Part shown: piece by piece, positions 10,023 to 22,404 of the stretch
Position numbering within the stretch: position 1 is the first letter of the stretch
Layout: each line of letters starts with the position of its first letter
From: Octopus bimaculoides
Lineage: Eukaryota
Reading direction: 5' to 3'
Assembly: GCF_001194135.2 (NCBI RefSeq)
Contig: NC_068988.1
Location: forward strand, 92,961,280-93,009,391
DNA length: 48,112 bases
Program-made: the position numbers and the translations under genes
The notes under the pieces: model-generated
The model's database searches: none
The model's input: only the letters and a program-made list of their open reading frames with translations
Told to the model about the DNA's origin: nothing

Positions 10023-11383
10023 GTGTGTGTGTATGTATATATATGTGTGTGTGTATGTATGTATATATATATATGTGTATGTATGTATATATATATGTGT
10101 GTATATATATATATGAGAAAGAAAGAGAGAGCGAGAAATGAGAATAAACATACCTATTCAGTTTTGAATAAATAAATAAATGTCAATAACAAAATGGTAA
10201 TTTATATACACACGCTCATGAATATAGTGTGTATGTATATATACATACACACATATATATATATATATATATTCATATATACATTCACATATATACACAT
10301 GCATATATGATAAGATGCTCATATGTCCAGTTGATTAATGAAAAGTTGAGCTCTAAAGTGTGAATACATTTCTTCAGTAGTTCCTGTGTGGGTGTACACT
10401 TAGATGTATGACTGCTACTGGTAAATTTGGAGCTGCACTCCGAGTAACATCCTCCAGTCTACTCCTGCTAAATCTGTTTGGTTAGTAGTGATACTTAGTA
10501 GAATTTACAGAGAAAATATAAGCAATTGATCAGTGTTAATGTAATGTGATATAGTATTTCCCTGAAGAACCACTGTGGGTCTGCGTCCAAATGCAACATC
10601 CATCGCCGGGGAAGCAATGCTTAGGGGACAAATGGTATAAAGTGCATTGTATGTTTATCATACTTTTTCTTCCATTTCTTTACACCAAAACTGAATCATA
10701 ATCTAATTATTAACACCAAATATTGTCCGTTCCTCACTATACTAGAATTAATTCCTGTTCTTGGGTGATAGAATTAATGCCACCTGGTTCCTTCACAGCT
10801 TTTAGTGGAATGTGTGCAGTTGCAAGCATTTGGGCCAGGTCTTTGGTTTAAGAAATAACTTCCTTTCTACTGTCTCAGAGATTGAAAAAGAACTAATCAT
10901 AAATCTTATTCCTCTGAAAAAAGTCATAAAAAAGTTCAAGGAGAAAAAAAAAAAAACGAGGGATTAGCCATGCATAAAATCCATGACAGTAACAAAAGGT
11001 TAATACAACATCCAGCCTTATCACCGGAGAAGAAACTGGTAACATTTGTTGTTATAATGGCATTGAGCAGACCAACTCAGCAAACACAGAGTTGGATGGC
11101 ACAAATTTTGAATAAAACCTTTTAAAAGACTTCAAATATCAGTGTAAACAGTTACATTTTAAAAGGTGCGTCTGTAGTTTAGAAAGCTATCAATCTGACC
11201 AACTGAACATGTGACTATCTTTTCAAATTTATATGCATTGAAAGCAATGTTGCTCCCAAATACACCAACACACACACACACACACACACATGCAAGTATG
11301 CATGCACACAGACATGCATGTAGAATATATTTGAAGAATATCCGTATTAAGAAATATTCTTAGATTGATAGGGAAAAAGTCAT

Positions 11384-11389
11384 TTTATT
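11384..11389 (-). terminator. Candidate KEAP1 polyadenylation signal AATAAA
   Basis: First minus-strand AATAAA I found downstream of the stop codon, implying a 3'UTR of about 1.15 kb. Not confirmed by transcript data. Confidence 0.35.
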
Positions 11390-12542
11390 TGTGAAAATGA
11401 AATTAATGTAGTTTTGTTTTGTTTTCTATAAAAGAAACAGAAATATACTAAAATTTGTTTAGGTAGCAGAGAAATTGTTTGTTGTAAGCATTGGTTGAGC
11501 AGGAGACAGTTATGGAAGAGGGGGGGGGGGAGAAGAGAGAAGGAAGGAGAGGGAGAAAGAAAAATAGAGGAGGGAGAGATTGAGTAGCCACTAACTGACA
11601 GGTAAATATAGTGAAAATATTTGATGTAGGAGAGAAAAGAAACTGGATTAGTAGGTGAGCAACCAAGAAGGTCTGGCCATACATACATACATATATAATA
11701 TATAGATGCATGCATGTTTGAGGTTACAAATAAGAGAGAGAGCACTCAATGCAATGCTGTGGAAGTTATTTACTCTGAAGAGGCTGATGGTCCCTGCTAT
11801 CACAACTCTGGAGTCAACCCCTGGGTGTCATCATCATTTCAGCAACAAAAAGATAAACATTTCCGATGTCTGAACGATAACAACATAAGAGTAAATTAAG
11901 TTGCAATACCAAAGAGAATCATCAGCTTTCTCCAAACACACACACACACAGATAAGGGTGGGCAAAAATAGGGATACAGATGCTTAATATCAGTGGAATG
12001 TTCTTTTCATTTTTTTTCCTACCCATATTAAGCAATGGCATACCTACTGTTGTCCACTCATATATATATATATATACACATGCATACATATATATATATA
12101 TACATATACACATGCATATATATATATACATACACATGCATATATATATATATAAATACACATGCATATATATATATAAATACACATGCATATATATATA
12201 TAAATACACATGCATATATATATATATAAATACACATGCATATATATATATATAAATACACATGCATATATATATACATACATATATATAAATACATATA
12301 TATATACATACATATGTGTTTGTATGTGTATATATATATATTATATTATATTCTGGTAGATGGACAAGGATGTAGTTTCGTTTGTTCAGCAGGAATGGAA
12401 GGTCTATGAGGCTCCTCTAACAAACAGCAGAAGTAACACAATGTTTGGTTCTTTGATAATAATTTGGAAACTATATCTATTCAGCAGTCATTATTTGAAT
12501 TTTGGGGACCCCTTTGCGTTTTGGTGGGGTGGGTGGTATGGG

Positions 12543-12679
12543 TCATGAACACGGCTCAGCTCCAACTGCTACCCCATGCCCACTCCGTCCACAGGTCATG
12601 TTTGTCACATTAGTCCAACAGTTAGTATCAGGATCATAACATTCCACAGAAGAAAGGAAATCATTGCCATCGTATCCAC
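12543..12679 (-). CDS. KEAP1: KEAP1 coding exon 5 ([17 protein letters not shown]...AEPCS*)
   Basis: Acceptor tgtttcag|GT at 12679 and TGA at 12545-12543. Confidence 0.96.
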
Positions 12680-12760
12680 CTGAAACAATAAAAACAGGAG
12701 ATAAAGTCATGAGAAATGGAAACCAAAAATTACATGGCAAAAAAATACAAATGCTTCCAT

Positions 12761-12795
<35 letters not shown>

Positions 12796-13119
12796 TACGA
12801 ATATAATATTTATTCAACATCATCATCATGGTTTGACATGTATTCCATGCTGGCATTGCTTAGACAGTTTGGCAGGATCTGCCAAGACACAAGACTGCAT
12901 TCTGCTCCAACGTCTGCTTTACTCTTTTACTTGTTTCAGTCATTTGAATGTGGCCATGCTGGAGCACCACCTTTAGTCGAGCAAATCGACCCCCAGGACT
13001 TATTCTTTGTAAGCCTAGTACTTATTCTATCGAACTGCTAAGTTACAGGGACGTAAACACACCAGCATCGGTTGTCAAGCGATGTTGGGGGGGACAAACA
13101 CACATACATATACATATAC

Positions 13120-13158
<39 letters not shown>

Positions 13159-15735
13159 NNNNNNNNNNNNNNNNNNNNNNNNNNNNNNNNNNNNNNNNNN
13201 NNNNNNNNNNNNNNNNNNNNNNNNNNNNNNNNNNNNNNNNNNNNNNNNNNNNNNNNNNNNNNNNNNNNNNNNNNNNNNNNNNNNNNNNNNNNNNNNNNNN
13301 NNNNNNNNNNNNNNNNNNNNNNNNNNNNNNNNNNNNNNNNNNNNNNNNNNNNNNNNNNNNNNNNNNNNNNNNNNNNNNNNNNNNNNNNNNNNNNNNNNNN
13401 NNNNNNNNNNNNNNNNNNNNNNNNNNNNNNNNNNNNNNNNNNNNNNNNNNNNNNNNNNNNNNNNNNNNNNNNNNNNNNNNNNNNNNNNNNNNNNNNNNNN
13501 NNNNNNNNNNNNNNNNNNNNNNNNNNNNNNNNNNNNNNNNNNNNNNNNNNNNNNNNNNNNNNNNNNNNNNNNNNNNNNNNNNNNNNNNNNNNNNNNNNNN
13601 NNNNNNNNNNNNNNNNNNNNNNNNNNNNNNNNNNNNNNNNNNNNNNNNNNNNNNNNNNNNNNNNNNNNNNNNNNNNNNNNNNNNNNNNNNNNNNNNNNNN
13701 NNNNNNNNNNNNNNNNNNNNNNNNNNNNNNNNNNNNNNNNNNNNNNNNNNNNNNNNNNNNNNNNNNNNNNNNNNNNNNNNNNNNNNNNNNNNNNNNNNNN
13801 NNNNNNNNNNNNNNNNNNNNNNNNNNNNNNNNNNNNNNNNNNNNNNNNNNNNNNNNNNNNNNNNNNNNNNNNNNNNNNNNNNNNNNNNNNNNNNNNNNNN
13901 NNNNNNNNNNNNNNNNNNNNNNNNNNNNNNNNNNNNNNNNNNNNNNNNNNNNNNNNNNNNNNNNNNNNNNNNNNNNNNNNNNNNNNNNNNNNATATATAA
14001 ATATTTCCTTGTTTTGATAAATGGTAGTCTTGGTGATATAATCAACTTTGAATCAACAGTAAATTTCTACAGTAGTTTAAGAAATACTTACCAAGTGCAA
14101 AGAGTTTCCCACCAACAACAGCAACGCTAAGTGCACTCCTTGGACTGTTCATAGAAGCAACATATTCCCAGACATTGGTCTCAGTGCAATATCTTTCCAC
14201 AGAACGCAGCTGTGAGTGGCTGTCATAGCCTCCAACAGCATAAATATAATGTTCCATACCAATCACACCTAAACAAAAGACAATAAAAAAAAAATATCTT
14301 AACCGAAATTTCTCACAGAAAGAGTTATGAAAATTATTAGATTTACAATTTTGGTAATGATTAAGACATTATTTAAATTTAATTTTCAGAAGTGTACTTG
14401 CCAGGTAAGTGATTGAAGTCTGAGATTGTATGTTGAAACTAAAACAATTACAATGTAAAAGGCACAAATTCAGCCATTCGAAAACACACATCATCATCAT
14501 CATCATCATCATCATTTAACGTCCGTTTTCTATGTTGGCATTGGTTGGATGGTTTGACTGGGACTGGCAAGCCAGAGAGCTGTTCCACCATCATCATCAA
14601 GTGTTTTAAATCCAGATTTTGTCCCCGTTAACAGGGATGGCCAGAGCTACCTCAATGCCATAGCAACCAAGGTAGGCAGGTGCAGCCCACCCCAACCTTT
14701 GGGCTGGCTGGTGCCCATTCTCCTCTGCTATCATAAGCCTATTTTGGAGCTGGATTTTCTATGGGGTGCATGCCCTTGCTTACCCCCAACCTCAGTTTCT
14801 AGACATGAGTGGTCCCGAGACCAAGGCCTCTACCACAATTTTTAAGGAATGTGGTGGAAAACTAGCTCAGGAAGGCAGGGATACTACTCTCTGAGACCCT
14901 TTTCGGAGATATCCCCCTACCTCAGGATCCTATTATCTCTTTTGGCATTGGTTTCTATGGCTGGATGTTCTACCTAATGCCAACCACTTTACAGAGTGAA
15001 TTAAATGCTTTTTATGTGGCACCTGCACAAACTTCATTTAAACATTTATTTTTTGTCAGTGATCAGGTCACAGTTGTTGCAACAAAACCTTTGACAGCAA
15101 AGAATTCAATGTCTTCTGTACTTACCAGCACCACTTCGTACTGTATTCATGGACGCCACGAATTTCCATTCGTCTCTCTCGGGATGATAGCATTCAACAC
15201 TACACAGACGGTTCCTTCCATCAAATCCACCAACCGCATACAATAGCCGATTAACAATGCCTACACCAACACCAATCCGTTTAGTCTCCATAGGAGAAAT
15301 TAATATCCAACGATCTATTTCTGGATCATATCTGAAAATTAGATGAAAGGAAATGTACAGATTATCATACATGTAAACACACGATTTCATTTAGGCACAG
15401 TGATACCAAAAACCAGTTTCTAGAACTCATTACACATAGGCTCTAGGGTAAAAAAGTCTTAGGCAAGAATACAGAGCATAATGTTGATTACTGAATGACA
15501 AGGGAACAGGAATTACATACGGTTCCAAATGTAATCATGTCTATGAATTTAAATGCTTTCTGAAATAAACACACACTTCATTTTAATGGCTCTGAGGAAT
15601 CTATAAGAGGTTGCACAGGCACTCACCTCTAACTGCATTGCTTCTTGTAGTAGTAGAAACAGCTGAAAGCTAATGAAGTTAGTTACGTGGCTACATAATT
15701 CCTGTTCTCATCATTCATTATCAGCAATATGCAGG

Positions 15736-15766
<31 letters not shown>

Positions 15767-18700
15767 CAATAGGTCCAGAGATATGGTCAATGACAATGCT
15801 AATGATCACAGCAATGATAAGAATGAACATTGATCTTGATGGTGATACTGAAGGCAATAATTGGTTCTAATGGGTTGGTGCATAATTGTAACAAAAATAT
15901 CTTTCAATGATTGTTCCGGAGCATAGTCACCATCTACTTCAATTACTGCTTCCCATTTGCTTGGCAGACGGTCAGACCGTCATTTAAAGATGTTTTCATT
16001 GAATATTGTTATTGTTTTTGTTGAATAAAATTTGCTGAAAAAAAGCTGCAATAATTATGTACCAACCCAAAATATTTAAGACCAATTCATAAACTGTTTC
16101 TGACGAAGATCTTGTAATTCTTTCAACTGACCATTACTGAGGATATCATAGCATCCTTATACCAACAGCTCCTTACAGCAACCCCATGATTGTGAATAAT
16201 ACGACTATTGTTATCCATTTACAGAATGAGCCCAGCCCCACTCAATTCTACTCACTTCGTACCTTGAAGAACCACCTGAAAACCTCATCACCATTATTTA
16301 TCTATTTTTAGCCCCTATTCATTGTTCCCATCCTCACTTCTAAAGTGTTAGAAACCGAGTAGCTCCTCTACTGCAAGAAAGTGCTCAGCATCCACCCTTC
16401 TTTCGTATTTTAACCCCTCATCTCTTTACATAAACCCAAACTCCCACTGTCAGGAGTTAGTAGTTAAGCAAGCTGCAAGGAAACATCACTAGTGCCAGTG
16501 GCATGGAAAAAGCAGCTTGAACATGCTGTAAAGTGGTTGACATTAGGAAGGGCATCCAGCTATAGAAACCAGGTCAAAACAGACAGTGGAACACTGGAGT
16601 CTTTGGTCACATCAGATCCTGTCAAACTATCCAACTCATACCAGCACGGAACATGGATGTTAAATGATGATGATGATGAAATGCATATGGTCACTTCCAC
16701 TTTACAAATGATTTGAACAATCTTGTTCCAAACAGTTGATTAAACCTAAAAGCCAAAGTATCATGGATCCTTCGCTAAGTTACCATCAATATAATTTAAA
16801 TGAGAATGATTTTTTTTTGTTTGTTTTACAAATACACAAGGACAGAGATTCACTGAAGAGAAAAATGGCTAAGAAAAAGGGGGCGAGATGGAAGAAACGT
16901 TAGCACGTTGGGTGAAATGCTTAGCAATATTTCGTCTGCATTGATCTCACCAATCTTGAAAGTTCTGCAATGGTCATGGACACAGCTCTTTCCTCCTACT
17001 TAGCTTTTATCTTTGACTCGTTTCAGTCATTAGACTGTGGCCATAATGGAGCATCACCTGAAGGGGTTTTGTCAAACAAATTGGTCCCAGTATTAATGGG
17101 TTTTCTTTTTCATACTTTCTTTTGCCAAAAAAAACTACAGGGATGCAAATCAGAGCTGGCCTTAAGGTTGCTGGTGCCCCAGGCAAGCTGAACTTCAGTG
17201 TGTACAAGCTGATGGTCATGGAAACTTCCTTGTCATCGTCACACCCTTCTGGGCGCCCCCTGGCACATAGCGTCTCTGGTGACTGCCCAAGTTTCCGGTA
17301 CTTTGAGCCAGCCTTGATGCAAATACAGGTTATTAAGTGGTGTTAACAGGATCAAACACAAAGACACACACACATGCACACATAATATACATTCAACAGG
17401 CTTCCACACAGTTTCTCTCTACCAAATTTATTCAAAAAGTATAGATTAGCTTGAGGTTATAGTAGAAGACTCTACTATAGTAGAAGACTAAACCCAAAAA
17501 CTTCTGGTTGCAAAGCAAGCTTCTAAACCACATAGCCATGTCTGCATCTGTATATCATTAAAAAAATAAACTGATAGATAAGCAGAAGAATTATAAGAAA
17601 TTAAGATAAGTTACCTTTCAGCAATTTCATGGTGTTGAGATCCATGTGAACCGCCAATAGCATAAATCATATTATCAATTGTCCCAACACCAACTCGATT
17701 TCTTGGCACAGACATCTGTGCGCAAGGTCTCCACATATTCCGATATGGGTCGTACATGTCCAAGGAAGCTGAATCCATATTACCATCAGGTGAGTTGTTC
17801 CGTCCACCAACAACATAAAGAATGCCCTTCACGACACACGCACTCAGCCCACTACGTGGTACAGGAAGGTCAGGCAATCGCCGCCACTCGTTATTCTCCA
17901 AATTGAAGAATTCAAAGTTACTTAGAGATTGCCGGAGATAACCTCCAGCTGTGAAAATAACCATCGGTTTGCAAGGCTTGCGGCAAACTTCAGGAATCTG
18001 TTTGTGGAGTTTTAGTTCTTCAAAAATGCGTGCCAAATAATTCTGGCATTGTGGATTTTTCTTGAGCAATTTACACATCTTGAGCTGTTTCTCCAAAAAC
18101 TTTGGTGAAAGGAAATGGCACCGTACAGCTCCAAGTAAACTCTCCAACTTACTAAGACGTTTCTCTGAGTCGTTCTCCACCCAACGAATGACAGCATTAA
18201 ACACTTCAGACTCACAGGCAACATTTAGCTCATCGTGTTTGATTAGGCTAACCAATCGACACGGAGAAAGCATCAAAAACTCTTCACATTTGCTTACTTT
18301 ACAAAAGTTCTGGTAGATGTATTCCCCTGCCTTACTGTATAGGTCCATACAGCCATGTTCACTGGCAAAGTCTGCAATACCAATGCAGTTACTAGGATCC
18401 AACTGTTGCTCGAGAAACACCGTGCAAGCTTCAACAATACGCGTGATCTGAAACATGGTAGCAGCTGGCAGCAACTGGCAAACATTCATTTCATTGATTT
18501 GGATTTCAGAGGTGTAGGCGAAATTGATAAGAATACCAAGTATGCATGGTGATATGCAGTGCAAAGGAATCTCGGTCATATCTTCCTCTTTCATTCCACC
18601 AGTGAACATGGCCCGAAAATATGGACTGGCAGCAGCTAACACTATTTTGTGGGCCTAGAAAAGAAAGGAAAAGGAAAGGTGTAAATAAAATATTTAAACT

Positions 18701-21473
18701 GTATCCTTTAAAAATATATGCTTTTTTGTTAAGTAACATTTCATTAGCCAAATATTGTTTTAATCCTCTTAAGTTTTATTAACCTATGTACAACAGTGAA
18801 CTTGGACAATGAGTAAAATATTTTAACAGAAATCAAATCATACACCCACTGAGAGGAATGTGTTGCATGTGGATAAAAGAATGTCTGAAAAGTGTTGACT
18901 AATAACTGAACCTCAGGAGGTCAGTTGGATTATGTGAGTTGGTTTGAAATGGCTGGTCAGGTGAGTTGGGTAAGCTGGTTTCTGATTGGTTGGTTGGATG
19001 GACAGGCTGGTTTCTGATTGGTTGTTGAGACGGTACTAAACCCTGTTATTGCCATTGTCCCTGGTCATGCCACTTCTGTAGTCCCACAAATCACAGTCTG
19101 CCATCTTAAAAGATTAAGGGTGACACATTGGATAATGTATTTCTAGATACATTATGCCAGAATAAACGATAGAAACATCCTGCAGAAAAAAACCCACTGC
19201 ATTGTCTGTTTCATACAACCCTGGGAAGGCTTCTGTCTTTTTATCAGCAAAGAGACTTCACACTTTTGATACCAAACTGCCTGAGATCACCACAACCTCT
19301 ATGACACAAATTTCATATTTTAAAATGGCTTAGATTAAAATCTTCCATCAAAATTTCTTGTCAATTTATGCTCCAAACACCAGTTTAATAATAACATAAT
19401 ACACTTTACAAAATTATTCCTTATTTCAAAAATTAAATGAAACAGTTTATTCATTTCATTGTTTAACATTTGTTTTCTATGTTGGCATAAGTTGAAGTGT
19501 ATTTCCAAGGAAATGTGGTAAGAAAAGGGTTATAGTCTGTGGATAATTGTGATTACTATATTAAGTGTTTCTCCAGGTTAGCACTGAACTATGAGGAAAC
19601 AGCACAGATGTGGAATTTGGCAGATGGAATTTGTACAGAAGCCTGCCATATATTTTATCCGCAACATTCACAGTGAAGGGCTTCAAACACATTATGGTTA
19701 TCTACATTATACATGTCTCGGGTATTTTAAATTATGCTGAGTTTTGTGTGTATGTGTGTGTATGTGTATTTGCCAATGAATGTCTGCTGAAGGTATAAAT
19801 GTCAATGAGAAATCTGAACTCCCAATGAATCATGAACAAAGTCCTTTGACGTATGTGTGCAGCATCAAGTTACAGGCACTTCCTCATCGTTGCCACAATT
19901 AGAAATGTAACAGACCAGAGAATGATGCACGTGTGCACGCATAGGTGCATAAGCATGGCTGTGTGGTTAAGAAGCTTGATTAGCAACCATGTGATTTTAG
20001 GTTACATCTCAGTTGGGCAAACATCTTCTACTAAAGCTCTGGGTTGACAAATGCCTTGTGAGGGAATTTGGTAGATGGCAATTCTAGGGTAACAGGTCAG
20101 TCACCTAGATCAGTTGAACATTGAGGGCAGGTGGCCAAAGAAAGTTTTCCAAATGCTGTATCGACAACATCAGCTGTGACTTGAAGCATGTCACCACTGA
20201 TGCTGGACTGACAACGGCCACAAGAACTGTGTCATTTATGTGGTCAGCCACTCTTTTTTGGAAATAGAAGATAAATCTCTTTTAAATCACACTCAACTCA
20301 AAATACTGATCACAGCTGACCAAGAGTACCTGACCTGACAACAACCACCAAGAAGAATTATGATACAGTGTCCAACTCGATATAAAACTGTTAGCAATTG
20401 ATGGGGAAAATACAAATAGTAGTTATTGATGTGGTCCTAAATATAGAGAAAGACTGGAGGGTCATAACAGGAACAACTTTGATTACATGACAAATCAATA
20501 AGAGCTTCACTGGGACTAAACAAGAAAAATGATGAAGCCGGCTGTGACCACTTCAACTAAGCCTCAGCTATCTTCAAACGTATATACAGTGAAAAAATAG
20601 CAACCAACTGAAACAGTTGCTGTGTCTGTGTCAGTTTGGAATATAGGTAGGGTGACTATTTATTCCCTAATACCTTAGCTGTGAGAGCAACAACTAATGA
20701 AAAATGCCAAAGATGGAGGTCTATGGCCCTTCCTAATGTTAACCACTTTACAAAGCACCCAGTACACACAACTGAGATCAATGTTTTATCTTGAACAACT
20801 AAGTCAATTACCAAAGGAAAAAAATTGAGAGAAAAGAGAGAATTTGAGTCGGAGGTAAGTGCAGAGCCAGGAGGAAAGTGAAACTCTACAGAAATGATAA
20901 ACAGAAGAGAGATGAGTGTCATGTAGACTTGGGTGGAGGTGTTATACAACTTAACAAGCTCTAGGATGTAGAGTCCATTATAGCAATGAGAGAGAAAGAG
21001 AGAGTGAGACTAAAGAATGAGAGAGAGAGAGAGGAAGGAAAGGCACAATGCAGATACAGCATATCTGTGATTGAAATGTTAGACTGCACTGGTGAGGGAC
21101 TTTTTTGACAATCACTCAAGATTATATTACAATTGAATGTATTTTTATTCACTGACAATGGAATTATTTCAGACATGTAATATTAAATTGAAATGAGGAC
21201 ATTGACCTAAATAAAACAAATAAAAAATTATTTAATTTTAGAAATTACAAAAATCCTACAAACCTGGAAGGATTCTTCACCAACTTTGAACGTCACATCA
21301 CAAAGTTTCCTTGAGTGCCATAATATATTCATAACATCAAGTAATTCTTTTGGATGTCGAATGATGCTAAAGTGCATGCTGCCATCTGATGGTTTCTCAC
21401 TGGAAACAGGTTTTGGTCGATAGCATGACTGGAACATTCCAATCTGCCCTTTGATCGCGGTGTTCGCTGCCAT
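12543..21473 (-). CDS. KEAP1: Kelch-like ECH-associated protein 1 (whole spliced CDS, 5 coding exons, 589 aa)
   Basis: Exons of 210+1040+206+177+137 = 1770 nt join in frame through canonical GT-AG introns. Translation gives BTB ([25 protein letters not shown]), BACK/IVR ([23 protein letters not shown]) and six Kelch repeats with KEAP1-diagnostic strings [38 protein letters not shown] and RSALS, ending AEPCS*. Confidence 0.97.
13159..13991. other. Assembly gap inside KEAP1 intron 4 (other gaps at about 2571-3173, 3970-4069, 22404-22583, 26840-26849, 27803-27842, 31937-32307)
   Basis: N runs, mostly abutting (AT)n/(GT)n. The KEAP1 frame is complete across this gap, so no constitutive exon is missing. 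Confidence 0.95.
14092..14268 (-). CDS. KEAP1: KEAP1 coding exon 4 ([17 protein letters not shown]...LFALG)
   Basis: Acceptor tgtttag|GT at 14268 and donor G|gtaagt at 14091. 177 nt, phase 1 to phase 1. Confidence 0.96.
14492..15030 (-). mobile_element. RTE LINE 3' end in KEAP1 intron 3, interrupted by a second (GAT)n-tailed element (about 14590-14935)
   Basis: (CAT)n-tttaacgtccgttttctatg tail and a ggctggatg..cctaatgccaaccac body shared with other RTE copies. Confidence 0.7.
15126..15331 (-). CDS. KEAP1: KEAP1 coding exon 3 (RYDPEIDRW...RSGAG)
   Basis: Acceptor ttttcag|A at 15331 and donor G|gtaagt at 15125. 206 nt, phase 2 to phase 1. Confidence 0.96.
16490..16680 (+). mobile_element. RTE LINE 3' end in KEAP1 intron 2
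   Basis: gtgccagtggcat..aggaagggcatccagctatagaaac..gatgttaaatgatgatgatg. Confidence 0.8.
17615..18654 (-). CDS. KEAP1: KEAP1 coding exon 2 (rest of BTB, BACK/IVR, Kelch 1 to part of Kelch 3)
   Basis: Acceptor ttctag|GCC at 18654 and donor AG|gtaact at 17614 (phase 2). 1040 nt open, matching ORF 17611..18642. Confidence 0.97.
21264..21473 (-). CDS. KEAP1: KEAP1 coding exon 1 ([10 protein letters not shown]...KVGEESFQ, 70 codons; exon probably begins at acceptor 21529)
   Basis: ATG at 21473 in a strong Kozak context (accATGg). Donor CAG|gtttgt at 21263, phase 0. Upstream polypyrimidine tract and AG at 21531-21530. Confidence 0.9.
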
Positions 21474-22358
21474 GGTAACATTATCAATGTAATCCACACT
21501 GTTCTGAGGCAGTTGATAGTCAGAACGATCTAATTTAGAAAAGTAGGGAAAAAATGGGTTTCAATTAAAACAAAACAAAAAAAAATCAAGAAAGAAAAAA
21601 GGATTCCGTTTTAACTCTTTAAAGCCCATAGCTACTAACAGTGTCATTAATGACAACAGATATGGTTACTAAGTTACATAAACAGAGACAGCCTCAATGA
21701 TGGAGCTTCTACATGGTCATGTGGTATGCTAGAAATAACAGCCAAATATTTAAATCTTTTCATTGTAAAGAGGAAGTATTAAAAAAATGGGATTGTTACA
21801 GCCACAATGCTTCTGACCATGGGTTTTGCTTGATCAGAGCTGACCTGGAGTTAAAACAACAAAATCTATTTATGCTATCAATTAACATTATGTATGTATC
21901 ACCTAAAATCAGCGAAGGGTTTGGAAAACAAGGGGACAAAGAGCATGAGAAATTGGCTGATCAAATCAGCATCATCATCATCATCACTGTCGTTTAACGT
22001 CCACTTTCCATGCTGGCATGGGTTGGACGGTTTGACCGAGGACAGGCAAGCCGGAAGACCAGAGAGAATGTTGTGACCTCAGTCACTATGTCATGGAAAC
22101 CAGACAACTGGTCCTATGAGTCTTAGGACTCAAGACAGTAATGTCCAAGAGTTGATGATGATGATGATAAGACAAACGGCAAAGTGGACTCTGGTGAGAT
22201 TTGAACAGTAAAAGCCAAAACAAATGCTGCTTCCCAACCACATGGTTCCGGGTTCAGTCCTATTGCGTGGCACTTTGGGCAAGTGTCTTTTACTATTGCC
22301 TCAGCCTAACCAAAGCCTTGTGAGTGGATTTGATAGACGGAAACTGAAAGAAGGTCGT

Positions 22359-22404
<46 letters not shown>

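Noticed and set aside
10742-10841. Minus-strand peptide DLAQMLATAHIPLKAVKEP resembling CGGBP1/hAT transposases
   Set aside because: Only about 33 codons bounded by stops, with no supporting adjacent motifs. Too short to call without a profile search.
11281-11320. TGCRCNC metal-response-element matches
   Set aside because: These arise trivially inside (CA)/(TG)-type microsatellites throughout the window.
14590-14935. GC-rich insert considered as an HDV-like ribozyme from an RTE 5' end
   Set aside because: I could not build the nested double pseudoknot. It has a (GAT)n tail and the shared aagggcat block, so it is better explained as a 3'-type retroposon.
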